The notes under the pieces are model-generated. The model searched no databases, was not told the DNA's origin, and saw only the letters and a list, made by a program, of their open reading frames with translations. DNA of 64,000 bases from Patescibacteria group bacterium. GTDB taxonomy: Bacteria > Patescibacteriota > Microgenomatia > CAYGWK01. The position numbers and the translations under genes are program-made. The stretch is taken from the NCBI GenBank assembly GCA_049322615.1, contig JBMORX010000009.1, forward strand, positions 57,120 through 121,119, given 5' to 3'. Positions 18,422 through 26,638 of this stretch are shown in pieces; within the stretch, counting starts at the first letter, position 1; each line of letters starts with the position of its first letter.

Positions 18422-20158
18422 TTAAATCTTTTTTTCAATCTCCAAAGTAATTTTACCTAGGAATTTCTCCAGCATCATTTTCCCAAGATCTTTTTCGCCT
18501 CGAGCCCGAACAGAGATATTTTTCGCTTTCACCTCTTTTTCGCCAACAATTACCATGTACGGTACTTTTTGAAGCTCAGCATCACGAATTTTTGCCGAAG
18601 TTGTCTCATTTCGGTTATCCAACTCAACTCTTTCTCCAGCCTCCTTGAGTTTATCAGCAATTTCTTGTCCATATTTTATTTGTTTATCGGTAATGGGAAT
18701 AACCACCACTTGAACTGGTGCAAGCCAAATCGGAAAAGCCCCAGCGTAGTGCTCAATCAAAAGTCCCACCCATCTCTCTAGGGAACCAAGAGGAGCACGA
18801 TGAATTAAAACTGGTCTTTTAGTTTTACCGTCTTTATCAATATACTCAAGTTTAAATCTTTCTGGAAGCATAAAGTCAACCTGGATTGTTCCGCACTGCC
18901 ACTCCCGTCCCAAGACGTCTTTTATCATGACGTCAAGTTTTGGTCCATAGAAAGCGGCTTCGCCTTCTGCTTTTTTGGGTGTTAATCCGGCTTTCTTAAG
19001 CGCCTCTTCAATTTTTATCTCCGCCTCTTCCCAGGTTTTATCGTCTCCAAGGTATTTATCTTTATTTTTTGGGTCTCTGACGGAGAAGCGAAGATAAAAG
19101 TCTCCAATCCTGAATGCCTTAAGGAGAAACATGGTGTAATCAATTACGCCGATGAACTCCTCTACCACCTGGTCCTCCCGACAAAAGATATGGGAATCAT
19201 CTTGGGTAATGTAGCGAACCCTAATCATCCCTGATAATTCTCCAGTTTGTTCATAGCGGTAAACAGTGGCATTTTCGGCAATTCGCAATGGCAAATCCCG
19301 GTAGCTTCGAAGCTCGCTTTTATAAATCATCATATGCATTGGGCAGTTCATTGGTTTAATAAGATAATCTTCTTTATCAATCTTCATTGGTGAGTACATT
19401 TTGTCCTGGTATAAATCCCAATGACCTGAAGTAACCCAAAGAGATTTTCTCCCAATATGGGGAGAATAAACATGTTGGTATCCCCTTTTTGCCTGTTCAT
19501 CAACAATAAACTTTTCAATTTCTCGCCTGATGATTGCTCCCCTAGGAGTCCAAATTAAAAGACCAGGTCCGACCTCGTCGGGGATAATAAACAAGCCTAA
19601 TTCTTTACCTAGTTTTCGATGGTCCCTTTTTTTTGCTTCCTCAAGTTGCCAAAGATATTGGTCTAACTCTTTCTGGGTCTCAAAACAAGTCCCATAAATT
19701 CGGGTTAACATCTTATTTTTTTCCTCCCCTCGCCAGTAGGCGCCGGCCAAAGACAAAAGTTTAAGGGGGCCAATTTTTCCAGTGTTAGAAACATGAGGTC
19801 CAGCGCAAAGGTCGAGAAAATCACCAGTCTCATAGAGACTGACCTGTTTACTGTCTTCTTTTTCTAGTTCATTGATTAATTCCAGCTTATAAGGCTGATT
19901 CTTAAAAAGTTTTCTCGCTTCGGAAATCGAAATCATTCTCTTTTTGAATGGGACTCTTGATACAGCGATATGTACCATTGCATCAACGATTTTCTCTAAA
20001 TCTTTTTCCGTAATTGGTTTTTCAAAATCGAAATCATAGTAGAAACCATCCTCAATTGCCGGGCCAATGCCTAGTTTTGTCCCAGGATAAAGTTTAAGAA
20101 CCGCCGCCGCCAAAACATGGCTTGCCGAATGACGCATGGTTTCTAGGTTTTTATTCAT
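18422..20158 (-). CDS. thrS: threonine--tRNA ligase
   Basis: class II ThrRS blocks (RDHRKLGKELGLF, catalytic core, anticodon-binding domain). Start moved to ATG 20158 (MNKNLET), which leaves room for the leader. Confidence 0.88.
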   Translation of the reverse strand: MNKNLETMRHSASHVLAAAVLKLYPGTKLGIGPAIEDGFYYDFDFEKPITEKDLEKIVDAMVHIAVSRVPFKKRMISISEARKLFKNQPYKLELINELEKEDSKQVSLYETGDFLDLCAGPHVSNTGKIGPLKLLSLAGAYWRGEEKNKMLTRIYGTCFETQKELDQYLWQLEEAKKRDHRKLGKELGLFIIPDEVGPGLLIWTPRGAIIRREIEKFIVDEQAKRGYQHVYSPHIGRKSLWVTSGHWDLYQDKMYSPMKIDKEDYLIKPMNCPMHMMIYKSELRSYRDLPLRIAENATVYRYEQTGELSGMIRVRYITQDDSHIFCREDQVVEEFIGVIDYTMFLLKAFRIGDFYLRFSVRDPKNKDKYLGDDKTWEEAEIKIEEALKKAGLTPKKAEGEAAFYGPKLDVMIKDVLGREWQCGTIQVDFMLPERFKLEYIDKDGKTKRPVLIHRAPLGSLERWVGLLIEHYAGAFPIWLAPVQVVVIPITDKQIKYGQEIADKLKEAGERVELDNRNETTSAKIRDAELQKVPYMVIVGEKEVKAKNISVRARGEKDLGKMMLEKFLGKITLEIEKKI

Positions 20159-20335
20159 GGTTTGATTATAGCACCAATAACAATTAAAAAACCAACCTTT
20201 CGGCTGGTTGTCGATTAGTTTTAACCCCACTAACAAACCAGCCGTTTTAGACGCTGGTAGTTGTAGTTACAGTTAAAACCGCAATCATTATTTTGAATTA
20301 TACTAATAAAAATTTTATTGTCAAGTGGATGGCAT
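20159..20335 (-). promoter_or_regulatory. thrS promoter plus leader-peptide transcription attenuator
   Basis: minus strand: TTGACA, 16 nt, TATAAT. Hairpin ACCAGC/GCTGGT versus a perfect 8-bp alternative GGCTGGTT/AACCAGCC versus a terminator CAACC..GGTTG followed by TTTTTT. Confidence 0.7.
20247..20288 (-). CDS. Thr-rich leader peptide MIAVLTVTTTTSV
   Basis: 5 Thr codons among 13; the ORF ends inside the first attenuator hairpin. Confidence 0.6.
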   Translation of the reverse strand: MIAVLTVTTTTSV

Positions 20336-20379
20336 AGGACTCGAACCTATGACCTTTTCGATGTCAACGAAGCGCTCTT
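20326..20379 (-). pseudogene. tRNA 3' fragment (anticodon arm GAC, T arm, acceptor 3' strand plus CCA); 3' half of a tRNA split by an insertion
   Basis: T arm ATAGG-TTCGAGT-CCTAT, anticodon loop TTGACAT, no matching 5' acceptor strand adjacent. Confidence 0.6.
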
Positions 20380-20508
20380 CACCCGACTAACTTTTGCAGG
20401 TTGATTTTAGAAAGCCCAATTTAAACAAATAAAAATTTGTTGTTTTAGAGCTTCTTCTTAATTAACTCATTGGCAAAAGTTTGACGGGTAAACCAACTGA
20501 GCTCTTAG

Positions 20509-20582
20509 TGGGCGCATCAGGACTTGAACCTGAGACCTTTACTATGTCAAAGTAACGCTCTAGCCACCTGAGCTATGCGCCC
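20509..20582 (-). tRNA. tRNA-Val(GAC), no CCA encoded
   Basis: manual cloverleaf: acceptor GGGCGCA/TGCGCCC, anticodon loop TTGACAT, T loop TTCAAGT. Confidence 0.85.
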
Positions 20583-20826
20583 AGTAATTCTTTAAGACCT
20601 TTTTTAAATGAGTTCTCCCCCAGCCTGTTTTAAAATATTTTTCTCTGCTAGTTGCGTCTTGTTGATTTAAATACGCTTCGTAATAAATTAATCTAAATGG
20701 TTTTCTATATTTTGTTATTGCAACCTCACCAGAATTATGTTCTTCAAATCTTCGTTTTAGATTATCCGTATAACCTACGTACAATTTTCTATCTTTCAAA
20801 CTTTCTAGTACATAGACATGATACAT
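20560..20826 (-). CDS. GIY-YIG domain protein (small URI-type nuclease); its 3' end overlaps tRNA-Val
   Basis: YVYVLES...KLYVGYTDNLKRRFEEHN... GIY-YIG block; 88 aa. Confidence 0.8.
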   Translation of the reverse strand: MYHVYVLESLKDRKLYVGYTDNLKRRFEEHNSGEVAITKYRKPFRLIYYEAYLNQQDATSREKYFKTGWGRTHLKKVLKNYWAHSSGG

Positions 20827-20945
20827 AGACGCTCTTTACCCGTCAAACTTTCGCCCAATAATTAAGAAAGCCTTTATTAATAAATAAGTCTCATTTCTTA
20901 AGTTAGTATTTTAAAACAAACCGCGAAAGTTAGTCGGGTAAACCA

Positions 20946-20968
20946 ACTGAGCTATCCGCCCGTAGGCT
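20946..20968 (-). pseudogene. tRNA 5' fragment (acceptor plus D-arm 5' part) broken in the D-loop by the element TIR
   Basis: GGGCGGA-TA-GCTC-AGTTGGTT followed directly by TACCCGACTAACTTT. Confidence 0.55.
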
Positions 20969-21011
20969 TATTTTACAAGAAAGAAAAGGTGATTTCAATT
21001 GGAGAAAGCAT

Positions 21012-21584
21012 TTACCCCGCCTGGGTGGCCATGTAGCGTTCTTGGGAAAGCATGAATTTGGTGCCTGATTTTTGAACTTGAGCCCAATAGAAGGGTCTCT
21101 TTTTGGCCCGAGCATTCCAAGCCGCCAGCCAAACCGAAGCATCTTCAATTTTGCGAGTTAAAGATTTAATAAATGAAATTAATTTTTCAAAGAAAGTCTC
21201 ATGATAGACCCCAGGTTCAACTGGGGTTTGAACGGCGGCAATTTTAACTTCCTTGGCTAAATTTTGCGTTGCCGAGGCTAATTTTTTGACTTCTTCTTGA
21301 AGAGCGGCAACTTTGGTTTTGCTCTCTTGGTCTTTGGCAGAAAAAACGATTCTTTCTTGTTTCCTGACAATCTCTGCCTGGCAAAACCGCCGCTCAAATA
21401 TTTCTTGAAGCTCTGGTTTTTGGTTTTCCGGAAGGACTGTTTCAGATATTTTTCTTGGCCGAAGCCCAGTTTGGTCCTGAATGTCAGAACCAATGCCTCC
21501 TCCTAAATCACGCAAGGCTTCAAGGAGATCTCTTGGCAGGGTTTTTGATTTTGGCTTCTGTCCTTTTGGAGCCATTGGCAACAA
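21012..21584 (-). CDS. hypothetical protein
   Basis: ORF track; charged, helix-rich sequence. Confidence 0.45.
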   Translation of the reverse strand: MLPMAPKGQKPKSKTLPRDLLEALRDLGGGIGSDIQDQTGLRPRKISETVLPENQKPELQEIFERRFCQAEIVRKQERIVFSAKDQESKTKVAALQEEVKKLASATQNLAKEVKIAAVQTPVEPGVYHETFFEKLISFIKSLTRKIEDASVWLAAWNARAKKRPFYWAQVQKSGTKFMLSQERYMATQAG

Positions 21585-21604
21585 AATATCAGAGTCTTGC
21601 TAAA

Positions 21605-21790
21605 AAGTCAAGCCCCGCACCAAGCTTACCTCGCGCCGCGAATTGCGACCCGTCAGACGGGTCTGGCACGTTCGACGTGCCGTTTGCGCTCGCGAGGGGG
21701 CGCTGGTGCGGGGCGCAGACCCCGCATACACGCCCTTGCGACGCGAACACGAAGTATTCGGGAGCAAGTAAGTGTTGTGCGGGGTCAAAC
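21605..21790. repeat. GC-rich structured intergenic element (family E) with terminal inverted repeats and several internal hairpins
   Basis: GC-rich island in an AT-rich genome; ends CCCCGCAC..GTGCGGGG; hairpins GACCCGTCAGACGGGTC, GCACGTTCGACGTGC and TGCGGGGCGCAGACCCCGCA; shares CCCGCAGACCCCG and CGGGGTCAA with 37125-37245. Confidence 0.6.
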
Positions 21791-21793
21791 ACC

Positions 21794-22666
21794 TTAAAGT
21801 TTCGTTAGGAATTCCAGAGATCTTCTTCTTAGCAAAATTCCTTTAAGATAAGCACGCTGAAGGGGTGTATTTAAGTTTTCTTTTAAATTTTTGTCTCCGG
21901 TTGAGGAAATTAAATCGTCTATTTCTTTATCAGAAACCTGAATCTTTTCTTCTTCAGCCACCTTATCAAGAGAGAATTGAAGCTTAAGGTCATTTACAAT
22001 TCTTTCTCGGTATTCTGCTCGTAACTGCTCGGCACTTTTATTAATTGAATTAAGATATTGGTCAATTGTTAAGCCTAAAGTGTTAGTTTGATTAATTAAA
22101 TTAGAAAGGGCACGCTTAACTTCGTCCTCCATTAACATCTCTGGTAAATCTACTTTGACAATTTCTAATAATTTTTGGATTACCTTTTGGGTCTTTTCGT
22201 CTTCCGTGCCTTCCTGAGAATTCCGTGTTTCCGTGGTTGCGGGCTTTTTATGCGGGACCCATATCTTCGTTGGGGCAAGCGCTTTTCTTATCTCTTCTTT
22301 ATACCTTCCCAAGTGCACCTCCGGTGTTTCGCAGGTTGTGGCTCTAATTTCCCAATCTTCACCTTCTTTTGCTTTTAAAAGTTCAACTTTAGGGGTAAGG
22401 ATTGGTTTTAAATTATGCTCTTTGACTGCCTCTATATACACTTTGGGAACCAGACGCTGGAGCACCTTCTCGTAAACTTTTGATTTATCAATTTTTTCCT
22501 CGACTAATTTCTTTGGGGCTTTTCCTTTTCTAAATCCAGGAATTTCTGTTTCTTTAACAATTTCCTCCAAAGCCTGCTCATAAGACTTTTTTACCTCATC
22601 GGTGGCAATCGTAATCGTTAATTGAATTTCACCGGTTCCGGTTTTTGCCAGGATTGATTTTGCCAT
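21794..22666 (-). CDS. tig: trigger factor (short form)
   Basis: N-terminal ribosome-binding block IPGFRKGKAP; 290 aa. Confidence 0.8.
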   Translation of the reverse strand: MAKSILAKTGTGEIQLTITIATDEVKKSYEQALEEIVKETEIPGFRKGKAPKKLVEEKIDKSKVYEKVLQRLVPKVYIEAVKEHNLKPILTPKVELLKAKEGEDWEIRATTCETPEVHLGRYKEEIRKALAPTKIWVPHKKPATTETRNSQEGTEDEKTQKVIQKLLEIVKVDLPEMLMEDEVKRALSNLINQTNTLGLTIDQYLNSINKSAEQLRAEYRERIVNDLKLQFSLDKVAEEEKIQVSDKEIDDLISSTGDKNLKENLNTPLQRAYLKGILLRRRSLEFLTKL

Positions 22667-22832
22667 AATTAACCTTTGTGTTGGGTATAGCGGACCCGCC
22701 TGCCGGCGAGGCAGGCTTTTTGAACCCGGATAGGAATTTTGGGGACAGGAAATTTACTCCGGAAATGCTCAGGAGTTCGAAATCCAAGTTTTTCTCTGTC
22801 TTTTTGAAATCTAGCCATCTTGAGAGTATATT

Positions 22833-23894
22833 TTAACACAACCGACGTAAACAGTGAAGTTTTTCGTAGTAACCGAGTCTGGCTTTTTTAATTGCCTCAC
22901 TCAAGAAAGAGATTGATTGCTCATAGGTTTTCTGATCAACTGGATAAGGGGTGCCATCTTTTCCGCCATGGGCAAAGGAATAAGTCGCCGGATCGCGGAT
23001 AGAATATGGAGTTTTGTAAATTAATTCGGAAATTAAAGCCAAAGCCCGAATTGTTTTTGGTCCAACCCCTTCCATTCCAAGAAGTTTTTCAAAATTTTCT
23101 GGCTTTCTTTCATAGGTGGAAAGAAGGATTTTTTTAAGATTTTCTGGGTTAATATCGGAAACGAGAACCTCATGGTGTCTGTCTAATTTCAAGTTTCTTA
23201 ACTTCTTAATTTCTTTAATATTTTTTTCCGGTTTCTCCGAGGCAAGTTGGGCAGTAATTTTTCTTGCTTTATCTGATTCCCGAGCAACCAGGTTCATCAC
23301 TGTCCCTCTGGCTTCTGAGACAATGCCAGAATGAGGTTCGCAAACAAAATCGGAAACGTTTTCCGAAAGCCAATGGTATCTGCGCGCCCAGCAATTTTTG
23401 GAATTCATTCCCTGCTGGACGACTGCCCACTTGCCTTTGGGAGTAAAGAAAAATGTATGATGATAAAGCTGGTATCCATCTTGAAGGGCATTATTGTCAA
23501 CCTTGGCAGCAATTTTTGAAGAATAGATAAGCGATTGAGCAATTGAGCTATTAAGCAATCGAGAATAATTTTTAATTTCCTCTGGAGTTTTTCGAGAGGT
23601 TTTGCCTTTGCCGCCGGCGATGAAAAGACCGAGATCTCTCTGGACAGGTTTTAGTCCCTCTTTTAAGGCGCCACAGGTGGTGGTAGTTAATCCCGAAGAA
23701 TGCCAGTCAAAGCCTAAAACAGCGCCAAAAGACTGGAACCACAAAGGATCGGAAAGTTTGCTTAAAAACTGGTCTACTCCCTTAAGGCTTACGATGGCCA
23801 GAGTTATTTCCCTTGCCAGTTTTGTCATCATTTCAAAAAGCCAAGGAGGGGTTGAGCCGTAGTGAAGTGGTAGGTTGGCAGTTCCAGTTTTCAT
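22833..23894 (-). CDS. hypothetical protein (conserved-looking, 353 aa)
   Basis: ORF track; no motif recognised. Confidence 0.45.
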   Translation of the reverse strand: MKTGTANLPLHYGSTPPWLFEMMTKLAREITLAIVSLKGVDQFLSKLSDPLWFQSFGAVLGFDWHSSGLTTTTCGALKEGLKPVQRDLGLFIAGGKGKTSRKTPEEIKNYSRLLNSSIAQSLIYSSKIAAKVDNNALQDGYQLYHHTFFFTPKGKWAVVQQGMNSKNCWARRYHWLSENVSDFVCEPHSGIVSEARGTVMNLVARESDKARKITAQLASEKPEKNIKEIKKLRNLKLDRHHEVLVSDINPENLKKILLSTYERKPENFEKLLGMEGVGPKTIRALALISELIYKTPYSIRDPATYSFAHGGKDGTPYPVDQKTYEQSISFLSEAIKKARLGYYEKLHCLRRLC

Positions 23895-23935
23895 ATTCTA
23901 TTTTGGGTTTTCTTCGGATATAGTATAATAAAATA

Positions 23936-24853
23936 ATGAGACTGTCAAGAAAAGAATTAAGAAAGAGAGCACAGAAAGCTTGGAAACTTCTAAATCCTTG
24001 TCGGGTTTGTCCGAGGATTTGCGGGATCAACCGTCAGAGGCCAAATTCCAGGATAGTCCTGGAATCGTGCCTAGCCCAGGATAGTCCTGGATTTTGTCGG
24101 ATGGGGGTAAAACCACGGATAAGTTCCTATCATGCCCATTTTGGCGAAGAATCTTGCCTTGTCGGTACAAATGGTTCAGGAACAATTTTCTTTTCCTCTT
24201 GCAATCTTGCCTGTGTTTTTTGTCAAAATTGGGAAATTTCCCAATTGAGAGAAGGAGAGGAAGTGGAAACTGAGGATTTAGCTGAGATGATGGTTTTTCT
24301 TCAAGAGCGTGGTTGTCATAATATAAATCTTGTCTCCCCTACTATTTGGGTGCCCCAGATTCTGAAGGCTTTGGTGGTTGCAATTGATCAAGGATTACAC
24401 CTCCCATTGGTTTATAACACTGGTGGATACGATTCAGTTGAGACCCTAAAACTTCTTGATGGGGTTATCGATATTTATATGCCAGATATTAAATATTCAG
24501 ATTCAAAAATCGCCCTGAAATATTCCCTGGTTCCAAACTATTGGAAGGTGGTTCAGAAAGCAGTTGCCGAAATGCATCGCCAGATTGGAGATTTGGTGAT
24601 TAGTGACCAGGGACTAGCGACTAGGGGTTTGTTAATCAGGCATTTGGTTTTACCAGAAGGTTTAGGGGGAACAGAAAAAGTGATGAAATTTATCGCCTCT
24701 CTCTCCAAAAATTCTTATGTCAATATTATGGACCAATACTATCCAACCAATAAAGCCCATCTTTATCCGGAAATCAATCGAAAAATTACTCCCGAAGAAT
24801 ATCATAAAGCGGTTGAAACAGCTAAAGGGTATGGTCTGCACCGATTTAATTAA
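23936..24853 (+). CDS. radical SAM enzyme (PflX / AmmeMemoRadiSam-like) with an in-frame REP-A insertion near the N-terminus
   Basis: CNLACVFCQNW CxxxCxxC motif; N-terminal CxxCPRxC..GFC pattern interrupted by 15 aa (NSRIVLESCLAQDSP) encoded by REP-A at 24046-24092. Confidence 0.75.
   Translation: MRLSRKELRKRAQKAWKLLNPCRVCPRICGINRQRPNSRIVLESCLAQDSPGFCRMGVKPRISSYHAHFGEESCLVGTNGSGTIFFSSCNLACVFCQNWEISQLREGEEVETEDLAEMMVFLQERGCHNINLVSPTIWVPQILKALVVAIDQGLHLPLVYNTGGYDSVETLKLLDGVIDIYMPDIKYSDSKIALKYSLVPNYWKVVQKAVAEMHRQIGDLVISDQGLATRGLLIRHLVLPEGLGGTEKVMKFIASLSKNSYVNIMDQYYPTNKAHLYPEINRKITPEEYHKAVETAKGYGLHRFN
24046..24092. repeat. REP-like element family A copy in frame inside the radical SAM CDS
   Basis: ccaggatagtcctggaatcgtgcctagcccaggatagtcctgg. 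Confidence 0.8.
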
Positions 24854-24872
24854 ACAATACTACTTTAAATAT

Positions 24873-25388
24873 TTAAACTATCTTTGAAATCTCTTTTAGA
24901 GAACGTCTGGGTGGTGGGGTTGGCGATTCAGCCGGATAGCCGATGGACAAGATGACAATTGGATAAAGGCCCTTTTTGAGATTTAAAATCTGAGCCACTT
25001 TCTTCTCATCAAAGGCGGCGAGAAAAGATGCCCCCAGTCCCATTGCAGTAGCCGCTAACCAAATGTTTTGCGTTGCAATAGCTGTGTCTTGGATGGTGTA
25101 GCGAGTTCCTCGTTCACCATAGCGCCAGGTTGTTCGCTCTGGTTCGGAACAGACCACAATCACCACCGGGGCTTCTAAAATAAGTTCTTGAACCCAGGCC
25201 TCGGAAACAAATCTTTCTTTAATTTTTTTATCTCTGACAACTACAAAAAACCAACTCTGTAAATTTCCAGCCGAAGGCGCCCAGCGGGCGGCCTCAAGAA
25301 GTTTTTCAACTTGCTCATCGGAAACTCTTCTGCTGGAATCGAAACTCCTGATTGACCGACGTTTTTTAATCGCCTCAAAAACTTCCAT
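24873..25388 (-). CDS. nitroreductase family protein
   Basis: RRSIRSF...APSAGNLQSW nitroreductase N-terminal signature; 171 aa. Confidence 0.8.
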   Translation of the reverse strand: MEVFEAIKKRRSIRSFDSSRRVSDEQVEKLLEAARWAPSAGNLQSWFFVVVRDKKIKERFVSEAWVQELILEAPVVIVVCSEPERTTWRYGERGTRYTIQDTAIATQNIWLAATAMGLGASFLAAFDEKKVAQILNLKKGLYPIVILSIGYPAESPTPPPRRSLKEISKIV

Positions 25389-25393
25389 GCGTT

Positions 25394-26209
25394 TTAAGGG
25401 TGACGAATTATTTTTTTAGTTTTGAATTTTATTTTAGACAAGACCTGGTTTAATAATTTATCAAGTTTCTCTTGATATTTTGGTTCTTCTGCCATTTTAA
25501 ATTTCTTAAGTTCTTTGGGAAGATTTTTCAAAATGAAAAGATAAAGGCGTTTCTTAATATATGGAGAAAGATTAATATGTTCAACCCAAATATCCTCAAC
25601 CCCAGCCTGCTTTAGAGTTTTAAATAATTTTTCTAATTCTTTTGGTTTTTCTGCCAGGTGCGGTAAGAGTGGACCGACAAAGGTATAAGTTTTTATTCCC
25701 GCTTGGTGGAGGTCTTTTAGGGCTCTAATTCTTGCCTGGTGCGGTGGAGCGTGGGTTTCCAGCAATCTGGTAATCGGATCGCCCATTGAGGTAACCGTCA
25801 AACCAACTTCGCCATCTAATTTTTTAAACAAATCAATATCTCGAGTGACAAGTGGTGATTTAGTTAGAATAGAAATTGGAGCTTGGTATCTGGCGTTAGC
25901 AAGAATTTCCAGACATTTTCTGGTCAACTGATATTTTGTCTCAAGTCCCTGATAAGGATCGGTTACTGAACTAAAAAAGATTGAGCCAGGTTTTTTATAC
26001 CTTAAATCACGAATTAAAAGTGCTGGGGCATTAATCTTTATATCAACCCATTCTCCCCAATTTTCATTCTGGTGTCCCTGACGTGACATAAAAATGGCAT
26101 AACAGTAGGCACAACCAAAAGCACAACCATTATAAGGATTAATGGCATAATCGCAACCCAGTTTTGAGGGATTAAGAATAGATTTCGCTTGGATTTCCCG
26201 AATTTTCAT
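25394..26209 (-). CDS. radical SAM protein of the SplB / DNA-repair-photolyase-like family
   Basis: ILNPSKLGCDYAINPYNGCAFGCAYCYA block. Confidence 0.75.
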   Translation of the reverse strand: MKIREIQAKSILNPSKLGCDYAINPYNGCAFGCAYCYAIFMSRQGHQNENWGEWVDIKINAPALLIRDLRYKKPGSIFFSSVTDPYQGLETKYQLTRKCLEILANARYQAPISILTKSPLVTRDIDLFKKLDGEVGLTVTSMGDPITRLLETHAPPHQARIRALKDLHQAGIKTYTFVGPLLPHLAEKPKELEKLFKTLKQAGVEDIWVEHINLSPYIKKRLYLFILKNLPKELKKFKMAEEPKYQEKLDKLLNQVLSKIKFKTKKIIRHP

Positions 26210-26244
26210 TACTATGTAGCGATGAAAAAATGATTCCAGTAATT

Positions 26245-26287
26245 CCAGGATAGTCCTGGAATCGTGCCTAACCCAGGATAGTCCTGG
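26245..26287. repeat. REP-like element family A copy, followed by 3 tandem copies of CTGGATTTGCA
   Basis: ccaggatagtcctggaatcgtgcctaacccaggatagtcctgg. Confidence 0.8.
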
Positions 26288-26344
26288 ATTTGCACTGGAT
26301 TTGCATACTGGATTTGTAAGGTGGCGTTGGTGCGGGGTAAAGCC

Positions 26345-26638
26345 TTAAAATTTGACTTCCATGTCCAAAACTGGAGGAAGAAGCTGGAGTTCTCTCAAAT
26401 CCACACTTTCTAAATCTTTTTCTAAATTTAAAACATTTGATTCTATGCTTAAAACTTCTTCGTCCCCTGCCCATTTTGAGGGGACAAAAATCTCTGGTGT
26501 TGGGGTTGGGGTGGGAGAAGGCACACCAGTGGTAGTGGTTATTTGCTGTCCCTTTATTTTGCCAAATAAAAATATTACCAGGATCAAAATTAAAACTGGC
26601 AGTAAATACATTAAGATTTTAGGTAAAAGTTTACTCAC
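26345..26638 (-). CDS. small membrane-anchored protein with a PT-rich segment
   Basis: N-terminal TM helix; SPTPTPTP. Confidence 0.4.
   Translation of the reverse strand: MSKLLPKILMYLLPVLILILVIFLFGKIKGQQITTTTGVPSPTPTPTPEIFVPSKWAGDEEVLSIESNVLNLEKDLESVDLRELQLLPPVLDMEVKF

Larger units (their letters stand above)
20380..20941 (-). mobile_element. TIR-bounded element inserted in a tRNA D-loop, carrying tRNA-Val(GAC) and a GIY-YIG gene; a second inverted-repeat pair is nested inside
   Basis: outer 15-nt TIRs CACCCGACTAACTTT (20380-20394) and AAAGTTAGTCGGGTA (20927-20941); inner pair at 20476-20490 and 20838-20852; tRNA halves lie outside both ends. Confidence 0.6.

Noticed and set aside
21605-21790. 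RNase P RNA, tmRNA, SRP RNA or 6S RNA in the GC-rich intergenic elements
   Set aside because: Conserved strings such as the P4 helix (AAAGTCCGG/ACAGAACCCGGCTTA), the SRP domain IV motif or a tmRNA tRNA-like domain are not present. A closing stem alone is insufficient for a 6S call.
21455-21808. ORFs called inside the GC-rich element (21455..21808 +, 21589..21792 -, 21597..21797 +, 21600..21788 -)
   Set aside because: These are Arg/Ala/Gly-rich translations of a GC-rich hairpin region. They overlap each other on both strands, as expected for non-coding structured DNA.
26290-26325. CTGGATTTGCA x3 tandem repeat next to REP-A, considered as an independent feature
   Set aside because: It is short and unique in the window, and probably part of the local REP-A variant. 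It is noted under that repeat.
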